Assembly (NCBI GenBank): GCA_023334545.1
Contig: JAADVB010000060.1
Coordinates: forward strand, 1-64,000
Length of the DNA: 64,000 nucleotides
DNA from: Salisapilia sapeloensis CBS 127946
Lineage: Eukaryota; Protista; Oomycota
Reading direction: 5' to 3'
The position numbers and the translations under genes were made by a program. The notes under the pieces are model-generated. The model was not told where the DNA came from. It worked only from the letters and a program-made list of their open reading frames with translations, and did no database searches. Shown here piece after piece: positions 1 through 10,333 of this stretch (position 1 is its first letter; each line of letters begins with the position of its first letter).

Positions 1-379
1 ACGTCAGCAGTGCCGGCCAGAAGATGAGTGTCAGCAGGAACATGACTGCAGCATAGACGATCATGCCAATGAGAAAGACAAAGTCGAATGTCTTCAACCA
101 GCTCTTCTTGTAATCCCCAGCCACTTCTCCTTCTTCCATCAGAGATGTTTTCGGCTGAACGATCTTAACGACTGAGGACACCGTTCCATAATCCGTTGCT
201 GGAGGTTGAGTATTCCATCGTGGGAGATGTGATGGTCGCCAGATGACGCGCAAAAGGATGTAGATTAAGCCGAGCGTCAATAAAGGAAGGAGATTGATTG
301 TCAGGAACTGTGTTAAGGTAATGCGATGGTCCCATTGCTTCGGCGAGACGGATGGAGGAGTTTCGACTGCAAGCTCCAT
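1..379 (-). CDS. Multi-pass membrane protein, N-terminal part (runs off window edge)
   Basis: Hand translation, absent from the ORF track because no stop is in the window. ATG at 379, frame open to base 1: MELAVETPPSVSPKQWDHRITLTQFLTINLLPLLTLGLIYILLRVIW...KSWLKTFDFVFLIGMIVYAAVMFLLTLIFWPALLT. Two hydrophobic TM-like segments; family not recognised. Confidence 0.55.
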   Translation of the reverse strand, partial: MELAVETPPSVSPKQWDHRITLTQFLTINLLPLLTLGLIYILLRVIWRPSHLPRWNTQPPATDYGTVSSVVKIVQPKTSLMEEGEVAGDYKKSWLKTFDFVFLIGMIVYAAVMFLLTLIFWPALLT

Positions 380-731
380 GTCGGAAAGCAATATGGATCC
401 GGTTCACGAGGTAGCAAACGCGGAAGTGTTGGGCTATAGCGACGACCTAAAAATGTTTTCTTCCATCGATAGGACGTTTCGGATGAGATGTGGAGTTACT
501 ATCCTCAACTACATCCCTTCACCTCGAGATACAAATTCTCTCTGTCTGGTGTCAACGGCAGTGACCCGTGAGAAGAGGTGCCAAGTTACCAATGGTGCAA
601 TTACTTGCAGTCCAGTATCTACATCGTGTGTATCTTGTAAGCAGCGGTTCTCTAGTACTTCATGATCCGAATGAGAATCATTTCAACAGTAGATCTTTTC
701 CTGGTAGTACCTTTAGCAACAAGGAAAATAG

Positions 732-3464
732 CTAAAACTTTGGTTCCGGTGACAACTTCCACATAGCCGTGTACTGTGCTTTTCTAGCAGCAATCTTCTT
801 TGCCTCGGCCTCTTTATCTCGCCTATGAGGTGAAATAACGATCTGTCGTCCAGCATGGTTTGGTCTCCCGGGTGTCTTCGGTGGTGTAGACGAAACGCTT
901 TCAGGAGGTCTAGGACTCGATCTACGTGGCGACAAGTGTCCAAACGATCCGCCAAGAGATGGAGACTCTGATTTGCAAGGTGAACACGACGGCGGTGAGA
1001 AGAGGGATGCATTTGGACCGTGTTTGATATTTTTCGTGGGTGGCCCTCGTGATGTGCATGTAGGATTGCTATCATCCGTACCGTCAAACAAGTACGAATG
1101 GAGTGATGAGCTGATATTTAGTTTCTTGTAAAGTCGTCGACCAAGTGCTGTCACGTGCTTTTCTTCTATCTTAGCAGGAATTAATCTTGGAGCAACAAGC
1201 TCTTTCCAAGGTCGGTCTGCGTGATAATACGCAGTAGTGCCAGAACATAATTTGGATAAAGCACGGGCATTCCAGCGTTGTCGCTCTAGAAGTGACTTTG
1301 CAGCACACTCGAGACCATTGGAGGTTAGTCTTCGCCATGCTCTTTCTGGTAGCTCCAGCATTTGAACAGCGGAAGTAGCCATGTAAATTGTGTCATCAGC
1401 GCTAATCTCGGTTCGCATTGATGGTACGATACCAGAAGTAGCGTGGATAACAGCACCACTTAGATCGAAGTATTGCGTCGAACCGATTGTTGCAACTCGC
1501 ACTAGCACTGTCTTCACGTCCGGTTGTTGTAAATCTTCGTCAGTGTGCTTCTTTGGTGTGCGTGGACTTCGGACTGGCAAGTAGTTCAAATGTTCGTCCA
1601 CTGGGATAGTATGCTTGAGAAATACAGCAACTTCGCCACTCTTAATAATTTGCAACGTTCGTCCAGGTGACGACTTCTTCGTGAAAATGTGGCGAGGGGT
1701 GTAATCGGCTTCTCGCACGTCATGGGCAATACGAATGCAATGCGACATATCACTACTTTTGAAGAAGTTGATATTCATGAGAAAATTCGCGCGATCGATC
1801 ATGACGTGACGTATAGACAGCCCAGGAATTTCTTCCATGACTGCTTTCAGGTGAGACTGGTCGAGTACGAGTAAGTCAGCGTCACTCGCTACTATTGCGG
1901 AAGCTGAACGTTGGAGGCGTGACAAGAGTGACAGCTCTCCAAGTGAATAGCCTGCTACCAACGTAGCAATAATGTCAAACAATTGCACTGAAGTTGTGGG
2001 ATTGATGTCTTCATTCACGATATTGATACTGCCTCGTAGGATAATAAATGCCTTACTTTCAATCGCTCCTTGACAAAATAGTTGTTCACCCTTGCTCATT
2101 GAGATGAACTCCATCACTTTGCCTAAACAGCGGCCTAGTTTGATTCGACTAACGTTAACAGGGCGATCAAACTTGTCTAAGAAAGGTGATTGCTGGAGAA
2201 GATGACCAATAAAGCTAGCTTCCATATCTGATCTTTCTGATGGCGCGCGAGACAAAATACGACGAGTGTCGGCACGGATCATACCGAGAGATGAGCTTGG
2301 TGAGTCCCACGTAAGTCGAGATGAAAGAAATGGAAAGTCGTCTCCGATGCGAGGGTCTTTGTTCAAGCTACGAAAGAGGTCGAGGTACATGGTCTTGCCG
2401 GCGCATTTCTTATTGTAAGCTGCCTTGAATTTTTTCACGAACAACACGAGGTAATGAGCTACGCGAGGATTTGCCAAACGCAACTTTCGAGCGTTTGCTG
2501 CTAAGTTCCATTCCTCAATTAACGTCGTCGCTAAGAAGACGTCTGATTCTTCGTCGATAGCGGTAGTTTGCATTCGAGAAGCTGCTTGATAGACAGACTT
2601 GGAAATGCAAAGACATTTGGCTCCTCCTCTAGCTGCGACGGCTGATGCAGTACGAGGCATTCCCAATAGCCCCATCTCACCAAAGCCATTCAACAAGGAT
2701 CTTTCAGCAATGACGACGGTTTCTGCCTCATTGTCATTCTGATCATTAGCATTCTGATCGGGACCATCCATGCCCTCGCAGCTTTCTCCATTCGGTTGCT
2801 GCTCTGGAAGTATGATTTTTACCTTTCCTTCTATTACAAAGAAATAGCCATCGTCTTCATCACCTTGCTTAAAAATGTATTCACGTTCACGAAACTCTAC
2901 CATCTTACTGTTATCGAGCACATACTGCTGCTGCTTTTGGGTAAAGTCTTTAAACAACCGATCGTTTTCCAAGGCCCCATGATGCTTCATCAAATGGCAT
3001 GATCGCATTAGCGGCACTAGAGAAGAGAAGTAGAGCTGGAAAACATCTTCACTCAAGGTCATGCAAATAACATCGCCTACTGTGACTGCATTTGTCTGTC
3101 TGACTGATCCTTGCTGACAAACAAGCTCGAACTCTCCAAAGTATTCTCCTTCACTGTGTGTTTGTGTATGAATTTCCATGTCTGCTTCTTGTGCACTGCG
3201 ACGTCGTCGTTGACCCTGACGAGGTACAGCAGTGGAGATGGCTTGTCTTTGTGTAATAATAACCTTTCCATACGAGATAAAGTAAAGCTTATAGTCGCCA
3301 TCTCCTTCATGATACACGTACTCGCCATCGCTAAACTCTTCCTGTCGTAAAGCTGCAATTAAATTGTCTTGATTGACACCGTGCTCGTTTATTATTCGTG
3401 ACAGCAGCGGCACCGTGCTTAGCAAAAGGCGCTTACGGCCTTCTCCATCGTCGTCCATACGCAC
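732..3464 (-). CDS. Multi cyclic-nucleotide-binding (CNB) domain protein, about 4 CNB domains, no catalytic domain seen
   Basis: 910-aa ORF with repeated CNB hallmarks: GEYVYHEGD..KLYFISYG..GEYFGEFEL; REYIFKQGD..FFVIEG..FGEMGLLGMPRTAS; GEQLFCQG..FIILRG..LGELSLLSRLQRSAS; plus a degenerate fourth copy (LQIIKSGEV). Low-complexity S/P tail. Confidence 0.85.
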   Translation of the reverse strand: MRMDDDGEGRKRLLLSTVPLLSRIINEHGVNQDNLIAALRQEEFSDGEYVYHEGDGDYKLYFISYGKVIITQRQAISTAVPRQGQRRRRSAQEADMEIHTQTHSEGEYFGEFELVCQQGSVRQTNAVTVGDVICMTLSEDVFQLYFSSLVPLMRSCHLMKHHGALENDRLFKDFTQKQQQYVLDNSKMVEFREREYIFKQGDEDDGYFFVIEGKVKIILPEQQPNGESCEGMDGPDQNANDQNDNEAETVVIAERSLLNGFGEMGLLGMPRTASAVAARGGAKCLCISKSVYQAASRMQTTAIDEESDVFLATTLIEEWNLAANARKLRLANPRVAHYLVLFVKKFKAAYNKKCAGKTMYLDLFRSLNKDPRIGDDFPFLSSRLTWDSPSSSLGMIRADTRRILSRAPSERSDMEASFIGHLLQQSPFLDKFDRPVNVSRIKLGRCLGKVMEFISMSKGEQLFCQGAIESKAFIILRGSINIVNEDINPTTSVQLFDIIATLVAGYSLGELSLLSRLQRSASAIVASDADLLVLDQSHLKAVMEEIPGLSIRHVMIDRANFLMNINFFKSSDMSHCIRIAHDVREADYTPRHIFTKKSSPGRTLQIIKSGEVAVFLKHTIPVDEHLNYLPVRSPRTPKKHTDEDLQQPDVKTVLVRVATIGSTQYFDLSGAVIHATSGIVPSMRTEISADDTIYMATSAVQMLELPERAWRRLTSNGLECAAKSLLERQRWNARALSKLCSGTTAYYHADRPWKELVAPRLIPAKIEEKHVTALGRRLYKKLNISSSLHSYLFDGTDDSNPTCTSRGPPTKNIKHGPNASLFSPPSCSPCKSESPSLGGSFGHLSPRRSSPRPPESVSSTPPKTPGRPNHAGRQIVISPHRRDKEAEAKKIAARKAQYTAMWKLSPEPKF

Positions 3465-3586
3465 GACCTATCGACTGATTCGAACTGTAAACTATGCTGC
3501 GATCTATTTTTGAACTAGTAACTCGTGCTCAAATCGATGATAAAACAAACTTTTACTTTTTATTTACGTTGCCAAGAATCAAAATC

Positions 3587-5617
3587 TTAGTCAAACTGAT
3601 ACGAGTTTTCATGAATGGCAGCTGCCATCGGAAGGAGTCTGCTTTTCAAGCGAATGGCAATTTCCATTGCACTCGGGCGTTCGGATGGATCGACCGAGAT
3701 GCAAGCAGATACAAGCGATCGGATACTTCGTGGACAGTCACCTCGCAACACCGGTTTAATCTTTCCTTGCGTAACGAGATGCATGAGGTGCATACTCGTA
3801 AGCTGTTGAGTGCGTACTTCATCATTAAGTGCATAAGGACCCATACATGTATCGAGTTCGGAGAGAACGACGCCAAAAGAGAAGACGTCCGATCGCTCGT
3901 CATATGCTTCTCCTCGTAGAATCTCCGGAGCTGTCCACAAGAGTGTTCCAATGCCACTTGTCATCGTTTCCTCTGTCGATCTCTTCCGGCTGAGTCCAAA
4001 GTCGCTAAGCTTCGCTCGCAGCTCGTCATTCAGTAAGACATTCAGGCTCTTGAGATCGCGATGGATAATCAAAGGACAAAGTGAATGGAGATACACGAGA
4101 GCCTCTGCAATGTCGATCGCAATACTCAGTTTCTCGCTCGTCCAGCACATGCTTGAGCTGAGGTCGGACGAGATGAATGATGACAAGTCTCCTTGAGCCA
4201 TAAACTCGGACACACTACACAAATCCCTCGGGTTCTTCCACGAAAGACAGATAAAGCTGACAATGTTCGGATGGTCCAGTGACGATGCCAATCGTATTTC
4301 TCGTGCAAATTGTGCCACAGCTTCCTTATCATGTTGCTTCTCTGGCAAGAGAGTCTTTATCGCAACCAATCGACCGACGTACTTGCCACGCCAGACTTCT
4401 CCATGCGCTCCACGAGCAAGGACGCTGTCAAATGTAAGCTTACTGAATGGCACCCACTTCTTCATGAGCTCTGCATCAGTGTTAAAGGATGCTAGGTTCA
4501 GAGATGACTGTGTACTGCTCCAGTTCTCCTCTAGCACCGTGTCGTAGTCGGTGGAGCGAGGGATCCTCATACTTTCCAAGTCGAAAATCTTGTCTCCATG
4601 GGGTGAGTAGCTTAGAGATGAGCCACGACTTTCGCGATCACCGGATGGAGATTGGCTGTCACGCAGTCGACAAAGTGTCAACGCTGAGTTCCATGACTCG
4701 CCTTTATTACGGTTACGATGGAGATGAAGGAGGAGGTATGTGGTGCTGAATAGCAAGAGAGCTAGAAGACAAGCGAGGATGGCAATGTAAGTGACAGCTG
4801 GAGAGGAAGTAGCGCGGTCTCGTACTACAGTCGTTGGGATCTTTCCTCCATCTGGGTTACTAGTATTGCTAGCCTCGTTTCGAATCCAGAGGTTCACAAG
4901 TTCTGACTGGATAGGAAGACACCACTCGTCCTTGTTCTCCATCACACGTTGTGTGCATGGTACCACAAAGGATGCTTCTTCCGGACAACTTTCCTCTGTT
5001 CGAAACTTGAGCGATGGCTGTTGGTTGATCGTGAACATGAATGCATCTGAGGCATTCACGAGGCGACGGGCACTTGGCGCGTGATACTTTTCCACGTAAA
5101 AGTCAGAAACGCTAGTCAGTGCTTCAGGACGCTCAGCATACAGTGTACTCGTAGAGTTAATCGACACATCATCCTGGATAGCGCACTTTGCAACACTTTG
5201 CACGGACGCGATATCACATGTGATAGACGCGAAGCTTTGGTCTGTTTTAGGGCATGTTCGTAGTGGGCATTTCGTGGTGGCATTGATCTCATGGGTAGAT
5301 AGGAAGGCACTATTCATATTACTTCCACAAGCCACGTAGACCTGAACGATCTCTCCTTCACCTGCCAAGACTAGACCAGTATCCCATAGCAGTGCTCGTT
5401 GAGCTATGGGTGATATGTCTTGCCAATTTACCCGTAGATCGGCCAGGCGATCAGCGAGCTGTGGTGGCATATTGCTTAGAACAATTGACTTGATATTCAA
5501 GTCTTCACTGTCTTCGCCTGCCTGCTTCCTCTGCAGTCGATACAGCGCCGACGGGATGTCGATGGCTGAGCACGTCGTGATGAGGATAACGAATGCTATA
5601 AGATGTGGACACGCCAT
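3587..5617 (-). CDS. Receptor-like TKL protein kinase (signal peptide, Cys-containing ectodomain, TM, kinase)
   Basis: Likely start MACPHLIAFVILITTCSA at 5617 (signal-peptide-like; the first 100 aa of the listed ORF look like UTR). TM: VTYIAILACLLALLLFSTTYLLL. Kinase motifs GAHGEV, VAIK, HRDLKSLN, DFG, WTAPE. Confidence 0.9.
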   Translation of the reverse strand: MACPHLIAFVILITTCSAIDIPSALYRLQRKQAGEDSEDLNIKSIVLSNMPPQLADRLADLRVNWQDISPIAQRALLWDTGLVLAGEGEIVQVYVACGSNMNSAFLSTHEINATTKCPLRTCPKTDQSFASITCDIASVQSVAKCAIQDDVSINSTSTLYAERPEALTSVSDFYVEKYHAPSARRLVNASDAFMFTINQQPSLKFRTEESCPEEASFVVPCTQRVMENKDEWCLPIQSELVNLWIRNEASNTSNPDGGKIPTTVVRDRATSSPAVTYIAILACLLALLLFSTTYLLLHLHRNRNKGESWNSALTLCRLRDSQSPSGDRESRGSSLSYSPHGDKIFDLESMRIPRSTDYDTVLEENWSSTQSSLNLASFNTDAELMKKWVPFSKLTFDSVLARGAHGEVWRGKYVGRLVAIKTLLPEKQHDKEAVAQFAREIRLASSLDHPNIVSFICLSWKNPRDLCSVSEFMAQGDLSSFISSDLSSSMCWTSEKLSIAIDIAEALVYLHSLCPLIIHRDLKSLNVLLNDELRAKLSDFGLSRKRSTEETMTSGIGTLLWTAPEILRGEAYDERSDVFSFGVVLSELDTCMGPYALNDEVRTQQLTSMHLMHLVTQGKIKPVLRGDCPRSIRSLVSACISVDPSERPSAMEIAIRLKSRLLPMAAAIHENSYQFD

Positions 5618-6161
5618 GATGTGCACACGTTTGTTAAGCGACAATACACAATGAGGCCACGGTCTTCCAAATGAAGCGTTCGGTTTGGTGTTTATTGATA
5701 AGTGATTCCAGCGACAGTCTACGCGAAGCACTGGCCGTTCGATGGCTGCATGTGTTGTAACCTTCGCTATGCGCCAATTCTTTCCACGACTCTCTCTAAG
5801 CGTCCTTTGATTACTGACGTACGCTATGTGACTATTGCTTTCACCAGTTGATCTACATATCTTCTGACCCTCTACGTGATGAAAAACGAAGTTACTGCCC
5901 GTGGATCGTTGCTCCATCCTTCTGGCGCCGAACGACCCTTCAAGCTCGTTGATTGTCCCATATTGTTTTAAATCGGTCTATACGGCTACTTTGAAACAAA
6001 TACATTCTTCTCTTACAACAAAATCATACAAATTGCAATTATACTATATCTAACAGATTGAAACTTACATAAATCAGTAAACAATACTTTAAAAAGGCTA
6101 TTTTTGTACATGAATCCACTGGCCATGAACAGCTCAGAGTTGGATCGACCACACGAAAAGG

Positions 6162-8249
6162 ATGGCACCGTCGTTCGAACAGAAGCTTGCTGCGCTCCGC
6201 AAGGAAGCTGATGAATACGCAGACTACTTGAGTGAAGAAGAGGTGGAGGATGAGGAGACGGCACACCAGCACGAGATGGACGACTTTGTCAATGACTTTA
6301 GCAACTGCGTCGTCGTCGGTGGTCTGCCGGTTGTCAATGAAGCCAAACACGCCAAGCTCTTGGCTGTAGTCAAGAAGATCTTTTCCCAGGTCGGAAACGT
6401 AACGGACATCCAGATGCCGTTTGCCAAGAATGGCAGCACAGCCGGATTCGCTTTCCTCGAGTTCGAAAACGAAGCTAAGGCGAATGAAGCTGTGCGTAGC
6501 ATTCACAACTTTGCGCTAGACAAGCGACACACGTTGCTCGTGAACAAGTACGAGGACATTAATAAGTTTACGAACACCTCGCCAGAGTTCACACCACCCA
6601 AGGAAGAGACGTTCACGGAGCCTAAGAACCTGCACAATTGGCTCTTGGATCCGCACCATCGGGACATGTTTGCGCTTCGATACGGCTCGGAGACCGAGAT
6701 CCACTGGAGTGACAAGGGTGAGACGACGCTAGAGTACGCTGGTGATCGTGAAAAGGTGAATGGCAAGCAATGGTGCAGCCAATACGTCTTGTGGTCTCCT
6801 CAAGGCTCATACCTCGCGACGTTCCACCCGCAGGGTATCGCTCTCTGGGGCGGAGACAAGTTTGAGAAGATGGGTCGTTTCGCCCACCGTAATGTCAAGA
6901 TCGCCGTCTTCTCTCCACAGGAGAACTACCTGATCACGCTGAGCGAAGCGGACCAGGAGAACGCCATCATCGTGTGGGACATTGCCAAGAACCAGATGCT
7001 GCGTGCCTTCCACGCCGGCAAGCCCACTGGTGCCAAGGGCGAGGTCGTTCAAGGTCTCATGACGCCGTTCAAGTGGAGCGCAGACGACCGCTTCGTTGCG
7101 CGACGTGGCAAGGACGTCATTAGCGTCTACGAGCTGCCGTCGATGAAGCTTCTCGAGAAGAAATCTCTTCGTGCTGATGGTGTACACGACTTTTCCTGGT
7201 CGCCGACGGACCCTGTGCTCGCGTACTGGGCTCCTGAAAGCAGCAACGTTCCTGCTCGTGTGTCGATCGTGGAACTTCCGAGCCGTAAGGAGTTGCGTCA
7301 GAAGAATCTCTTCAATGTGAGTGACTGTAAGCTGCATTGGCATCCGGATGGCTCGTACTTGTGTGTCAAGGTGACGAGGCACTCGAAGAGTAAGAAGACT
7401 TTGTTTACGAACTTTGAGCTCTTCCGACTTCGCGAGCCGCTTGTCCCGGTCGAAATGTTAGAAATGAAGGATGCTATCGTTGCGTTTGCGTGGGAACCCA
7501 AGGGCAGTCGATTCGCGACGGTCCATGGCGAAGGTAACCAGCGTTTGAACGTGTCTTTCTACGACATGAATGGCGGTACGAAGACCCATAAGGAAGTGAG
7601 TTTGCTGTACAAGCTCACGGACAAGGCATGCAGCCACTTGTACTGGTCTCCTCTCGGTAACAACATTGTTCTGGCTGGACTTGGCGACATGAACGGTGTG
7701 CTCGAGTTCTGGGACACGGATGAACAGCAGAGCATCACGGTGCAGGAGCACTTCAAGTGCACGAACGTCGAGTGGGACCCGTCTGGTCGTGTCGTGGCTA
7801 CGGCTGTGTGCCAGCCGATGGACAACTCGTACTACAAGTTCCAGATGGACAATGGGTACAACTTGTGGACGTTCCAAGGCAAGTTGCTTCGTGAGGAGAA
7901 GAAGGACGCGTTCTACCAGTTCCTCTGGCGTCCACGCCCGCGATCTCTCCTTTCGGACGCCGAGTACAAGGACGTGATCCGCAACTTGAAAAAGTACGAG
8001 AAACGTTTCTTGGAGATGGACAAGCTCAAGGAACGCGAGAAGCAAGAGGAAGAGGAGCGTCAGAAGCAGGAGATGGAGCGTGCTTTCCGTTCGCTCTTGC
8101 AGGAGCGTATGGCCGAGGCCAAGGCTCAGCGCCAGCAATATGTCGACCTCGTTGGCGGGTACGACAGTGAAGACGAGAGCGAGTACATTGTCGAGAAGCA
8201 CGAGCGTGAGGTGGTCATCTCGGAGAAGGAGCAAGTAGCGCAACGTTAA
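6162..8249 (+). CDS. EIF3B: Eukaryotic translation initiation factor 3 subunit B
   Basis: N-terminal RRM (VVVGGLP..GFAFLEF..FALDKRHTL), beta-propeller with WSPQGSYLATFH..GIALWGG, LKQKNLFNV-like RQKNLFNVSDCKLHWHPDG, FAWEPKG, EWDPSGR, QFLWRPRP, and a charged C-terminal helix. Confidence 0.97.
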   Translation: MAPSFEQKLAALRKEADEYADYLSEEEVEDEETAHQHEMDDFVNDFSNCVVVGGLPVVNEAKHAKLLAVVKKIFSQVGNVTDIQMPFAKNGSTAGFAFLEFENEAKANEAVRSIHNFALDKRHTLLVNKYEDINKFTNTSPEFTPPKEETFTEPKNLHNWLLDPHHRDMFALRYGSETEIHWSDKGETTLEYAGDREKVNGKQWCSQYVLWSPQGSYLATFHPQGIALWGGDKFEKMGRFAHRNVKIAVFSPQENYLITLSEADQENAIIVWDIAKNQMLRAFHAGKPTGAKGEVVQGLMTPFKWSADDRFVARRGKDVISVYELPSMKLLEKKSLRADGVHDFSWSPTDPVLAYWAPESSNVPARVSIVELPSRKELRQKNLFNVSDCKLHWHPDGSYLCVKVTRHSKSKKTLFTNFELFRLREPLVPVEMLEMKDAIVAFAWEPKGSRFATVHGEGNQRLNVSFYDMNGGTKTHKEVSLLYKLTDKACSHLYWSPLGNNIVLAGLGDMNGVLEFWDTDEQQSITVQEHFKCTNVEWDPSGRVVATAVCQPMDNSYYKFQMDNGYNLWTFQGKLLREEKKDAFYQFLWRPRPRSLLSDAEYKDVIRNLKKYEKRFLEMDKLKEREKQEEEERQKQEMERAFRSLLQERMAEAKAQRQQYVDLVGGYDSEDESEYIVEKHEREVVISEKEQVAQR

Positions 8250-8439
8250 GTTTGTAACTTGGCTATAGCTTGAGTCTATCTATAGTTGATTGAAGTTTGG
8301 GAATGCAGCTGGTTGAATAATCTGACTTGTCTTGCATTGAGTATGGTCAAATCGGATGATGTTAGGTATGGTCTAACGGCACCTCATTTTTTCTTTACCA
8401 CCGATCAAAAGTCTCAGGTAGTAGAAGCCAGTGAGAAGG

Positions 8440-9160
8440 ATGACACGACCAACAAGTCCGACGAGTGTGACGTTCATACAGGATGAACCTCGTACACGTA
8501 CGTTCATGTCGGATCGTGCTTTATCGCATACATGTTGCTCACGTTTCTTTCTCGTTAGTTTTTATTCTCGATTGGGATGACACGCTAGCACCTACGACTG
8601 CTGCAGCGATTGCTGGCTTTACACATGAAGATGCAGAGTTAAATTGGACTCAAGATGTACAGCAAAAGTGGGGAGCATACGCTTATCAGCTCGCGTCTTT
8701 CCTGCGAACGTGCTGCCAATTGGGAAAGGTCGTGATCGTCACGAATGCCATGCAAGGGTGGGTAGAACGCTCTTGTCGTCGTTTAATGCCGAGTGTAGCG
8801 CCTATGCTAGCGACCATTCAGATTATATCAGCGAGATCTCGATATCAAAGTCAGTACCCGGGAGATCCAGTGCAGTGGAAAGTAAAGGTCTACAAGTCGC
8901 TATTGAAAACGCATACGAGATGGTGTACGAATGGAAAGCACCAGGTGATTGCCATCGGAGACTCGTGGACGGATCGAGAGGCGATTCAGCTCACATCCAG
9001 CGGCTTTAACGCTCTCCAGTTAAAATCCATCAAGCTACTGAGTGATCCGACGATGGACCAACTGCAGAAGGAAGTCAAGATGCTGGATGGGTATTTGGCT
9101 CAACTAGTGGATCGGGACGAACCACTGGATCTTGTTCTGTCGGATAAGATGCTCCGATAA
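8440..9160 (+). CDS. HAD-superfamily hydrolase-like protein (2 exons)
   Basis: ATG 8440 and intron 8498-8558 (GTACGT..TTAG) give MTRPTSP...PRTLFILDWDDTL. HAD motifs: DWDDTL (I), IVTNA (II), WK (III), IAIGDS..D (IV). Confidence 0.75.
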
Positions 9161-9287
9161 CCTCACGAGGTCATTTACTGTAGAAAGAGAGGCGCTTTAT
9201 AAGTCGAATGATTGCATGTGCATTGTACGAGCGAATGACTTAGATGTGTATGGTTGTTTCTATTTCGTAGATTACGATCTTGTCGAG

Positions 9288-9683
9288 TTAGGAGAAGAAG
9301 ACAAGGTAGGTCGCAACGAGGAAGATGATGAGGAAGGACGCAGACACGATCGCCTTGGTCTTATTCGACGTCGCGATCGACAAGTGGAACTGTTCAATCG
9401 CTTGGCTCAGTTCTTCCACGCGTTTCTCGTAATGCTCTCGCTGTTCCGGTGTCAACCTCCCCTTCTTCACACCGTTCTCTTCCAGTTTCTTATCCTGGAA
9501 AAGAATGCCGTTGCATTTCGACAGCTCGGCGCGTGCCATCGCAATCGCTTGTGCAGCCTTGCCACCGTACTTGGTCGTATAATTCCGGAACTCTTGGTCA
9601 TACTGTTCTGCCGTATCCCGAGCGCCCGTCCGCTCCTTGTATTCGCCTTGCGAGGCTTTCGTCATGCTATTGATCTCGTCCAT
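9288..9683 (-). CDS. Small tail-anchored membrane protein of unknown function
   Basis: Helical, charged body from MDEINSMTK (ATG 9683) ending in a C-terminal hydrophobic segment AIVSASFLIIFLVATYLVFFS. The frame is open further upstream, so the start is uncertain. Confidence 0.6.
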   Translation of the reverse strand: MDEINSMTKASQGEYKERTGARDTAEQYDQEFRNYTTKYGGKAAQAIAMARAELSKCNGILFQDKKLEENGVKKGRLTPEQREHYEKRVEELSQAIEQFHLSIATSNKTKAIVSASFLIIFLVATYLVFFS

Positions 9684-9804
9684 CGCCGTTACGTGCTGTC
9701 TATCGCTCGGTCGTTCAGATGCACAATAGTCTTCACGCTCCAAGCAGACTCCACCTGCTTTTGTACAACGACTAAATTGGAGGTGGGCAAAATCGATCGG
9801 AAGC

Positions 9805-10279
9805 ATGCGACTTCGACAGCTTATGGTGCTCAGTCGAGACGTAGCCAAGTCTCGTGAATTCTTTGAGCATGGTCTAGGCCTACGTCTACTCCGGTCGTCC
9901 GACTCGTTCGTGGAGTTTGATACACAGGCTGGAGCCCCTCTATGCATCCAACAAGCCCACAGGTCTGCTTGTCACCTCTCACTAGCTTGCTGATCCATTG
10001 ACGCTCGGCATAGTGAAGCAGCATGCAGCACAGGCTATAGTCCATTTCTCAACTTCGACATCCAAGACCTGGATGAAGCGATTCCTCGACTCATCATGAT
10101 GGGCGGCATCATGGATGGACCGATCAAGTACCCAGCGCATGGCAAAGTACTTCTTCCTATAAACTATCTTCATCGCCAAGTATAATTGTATTAAATAGGT
10201 CGCGTCCATGCGGTCTCCGGATGGACTGATGATTGGACTATACGAACCAAACTCGTGGGATACCGTCACGTCTGCATAG
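9805..10279 (+). CDS. Glyoxalase/VOC-family protein (3 exons)
   Basis: Introns 9963-10013 and 10147-10198 join in frame: MRLRQLMVLSRDVAKSREFFEHGLGL...LNFDIQDLDEAIPRLIMMGG..DGPIKYPAHGKVASMRSPDGLMIGLYEP. This is the paired beta-alpha-beta-beta-beta VOC pattern. Confidence 0.85.
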
Positions 10280-10333
10280 ATAATAGACCAACGATGGATT
10301 TTTCAATTACGCTTTCGTCGTATAACGCAAGAA

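Noticed and set aside
6807-8243. Long antisense ORFs (191 and 261 aa) opposite eIF3b, and many similar shadow ORFs over CBP, FKS, SF3B1 and DAK
   Set aside because: They lie opposite strongly conserved genes, have no motifs, and are expected from codon bias in about 50% GC coding DNA.
9132-9857. 241-aa plus-strand ORF
   Set aside because: Antisense to the tail-anchored protein gene, overlaps both neighbours, and has no recognisable features.
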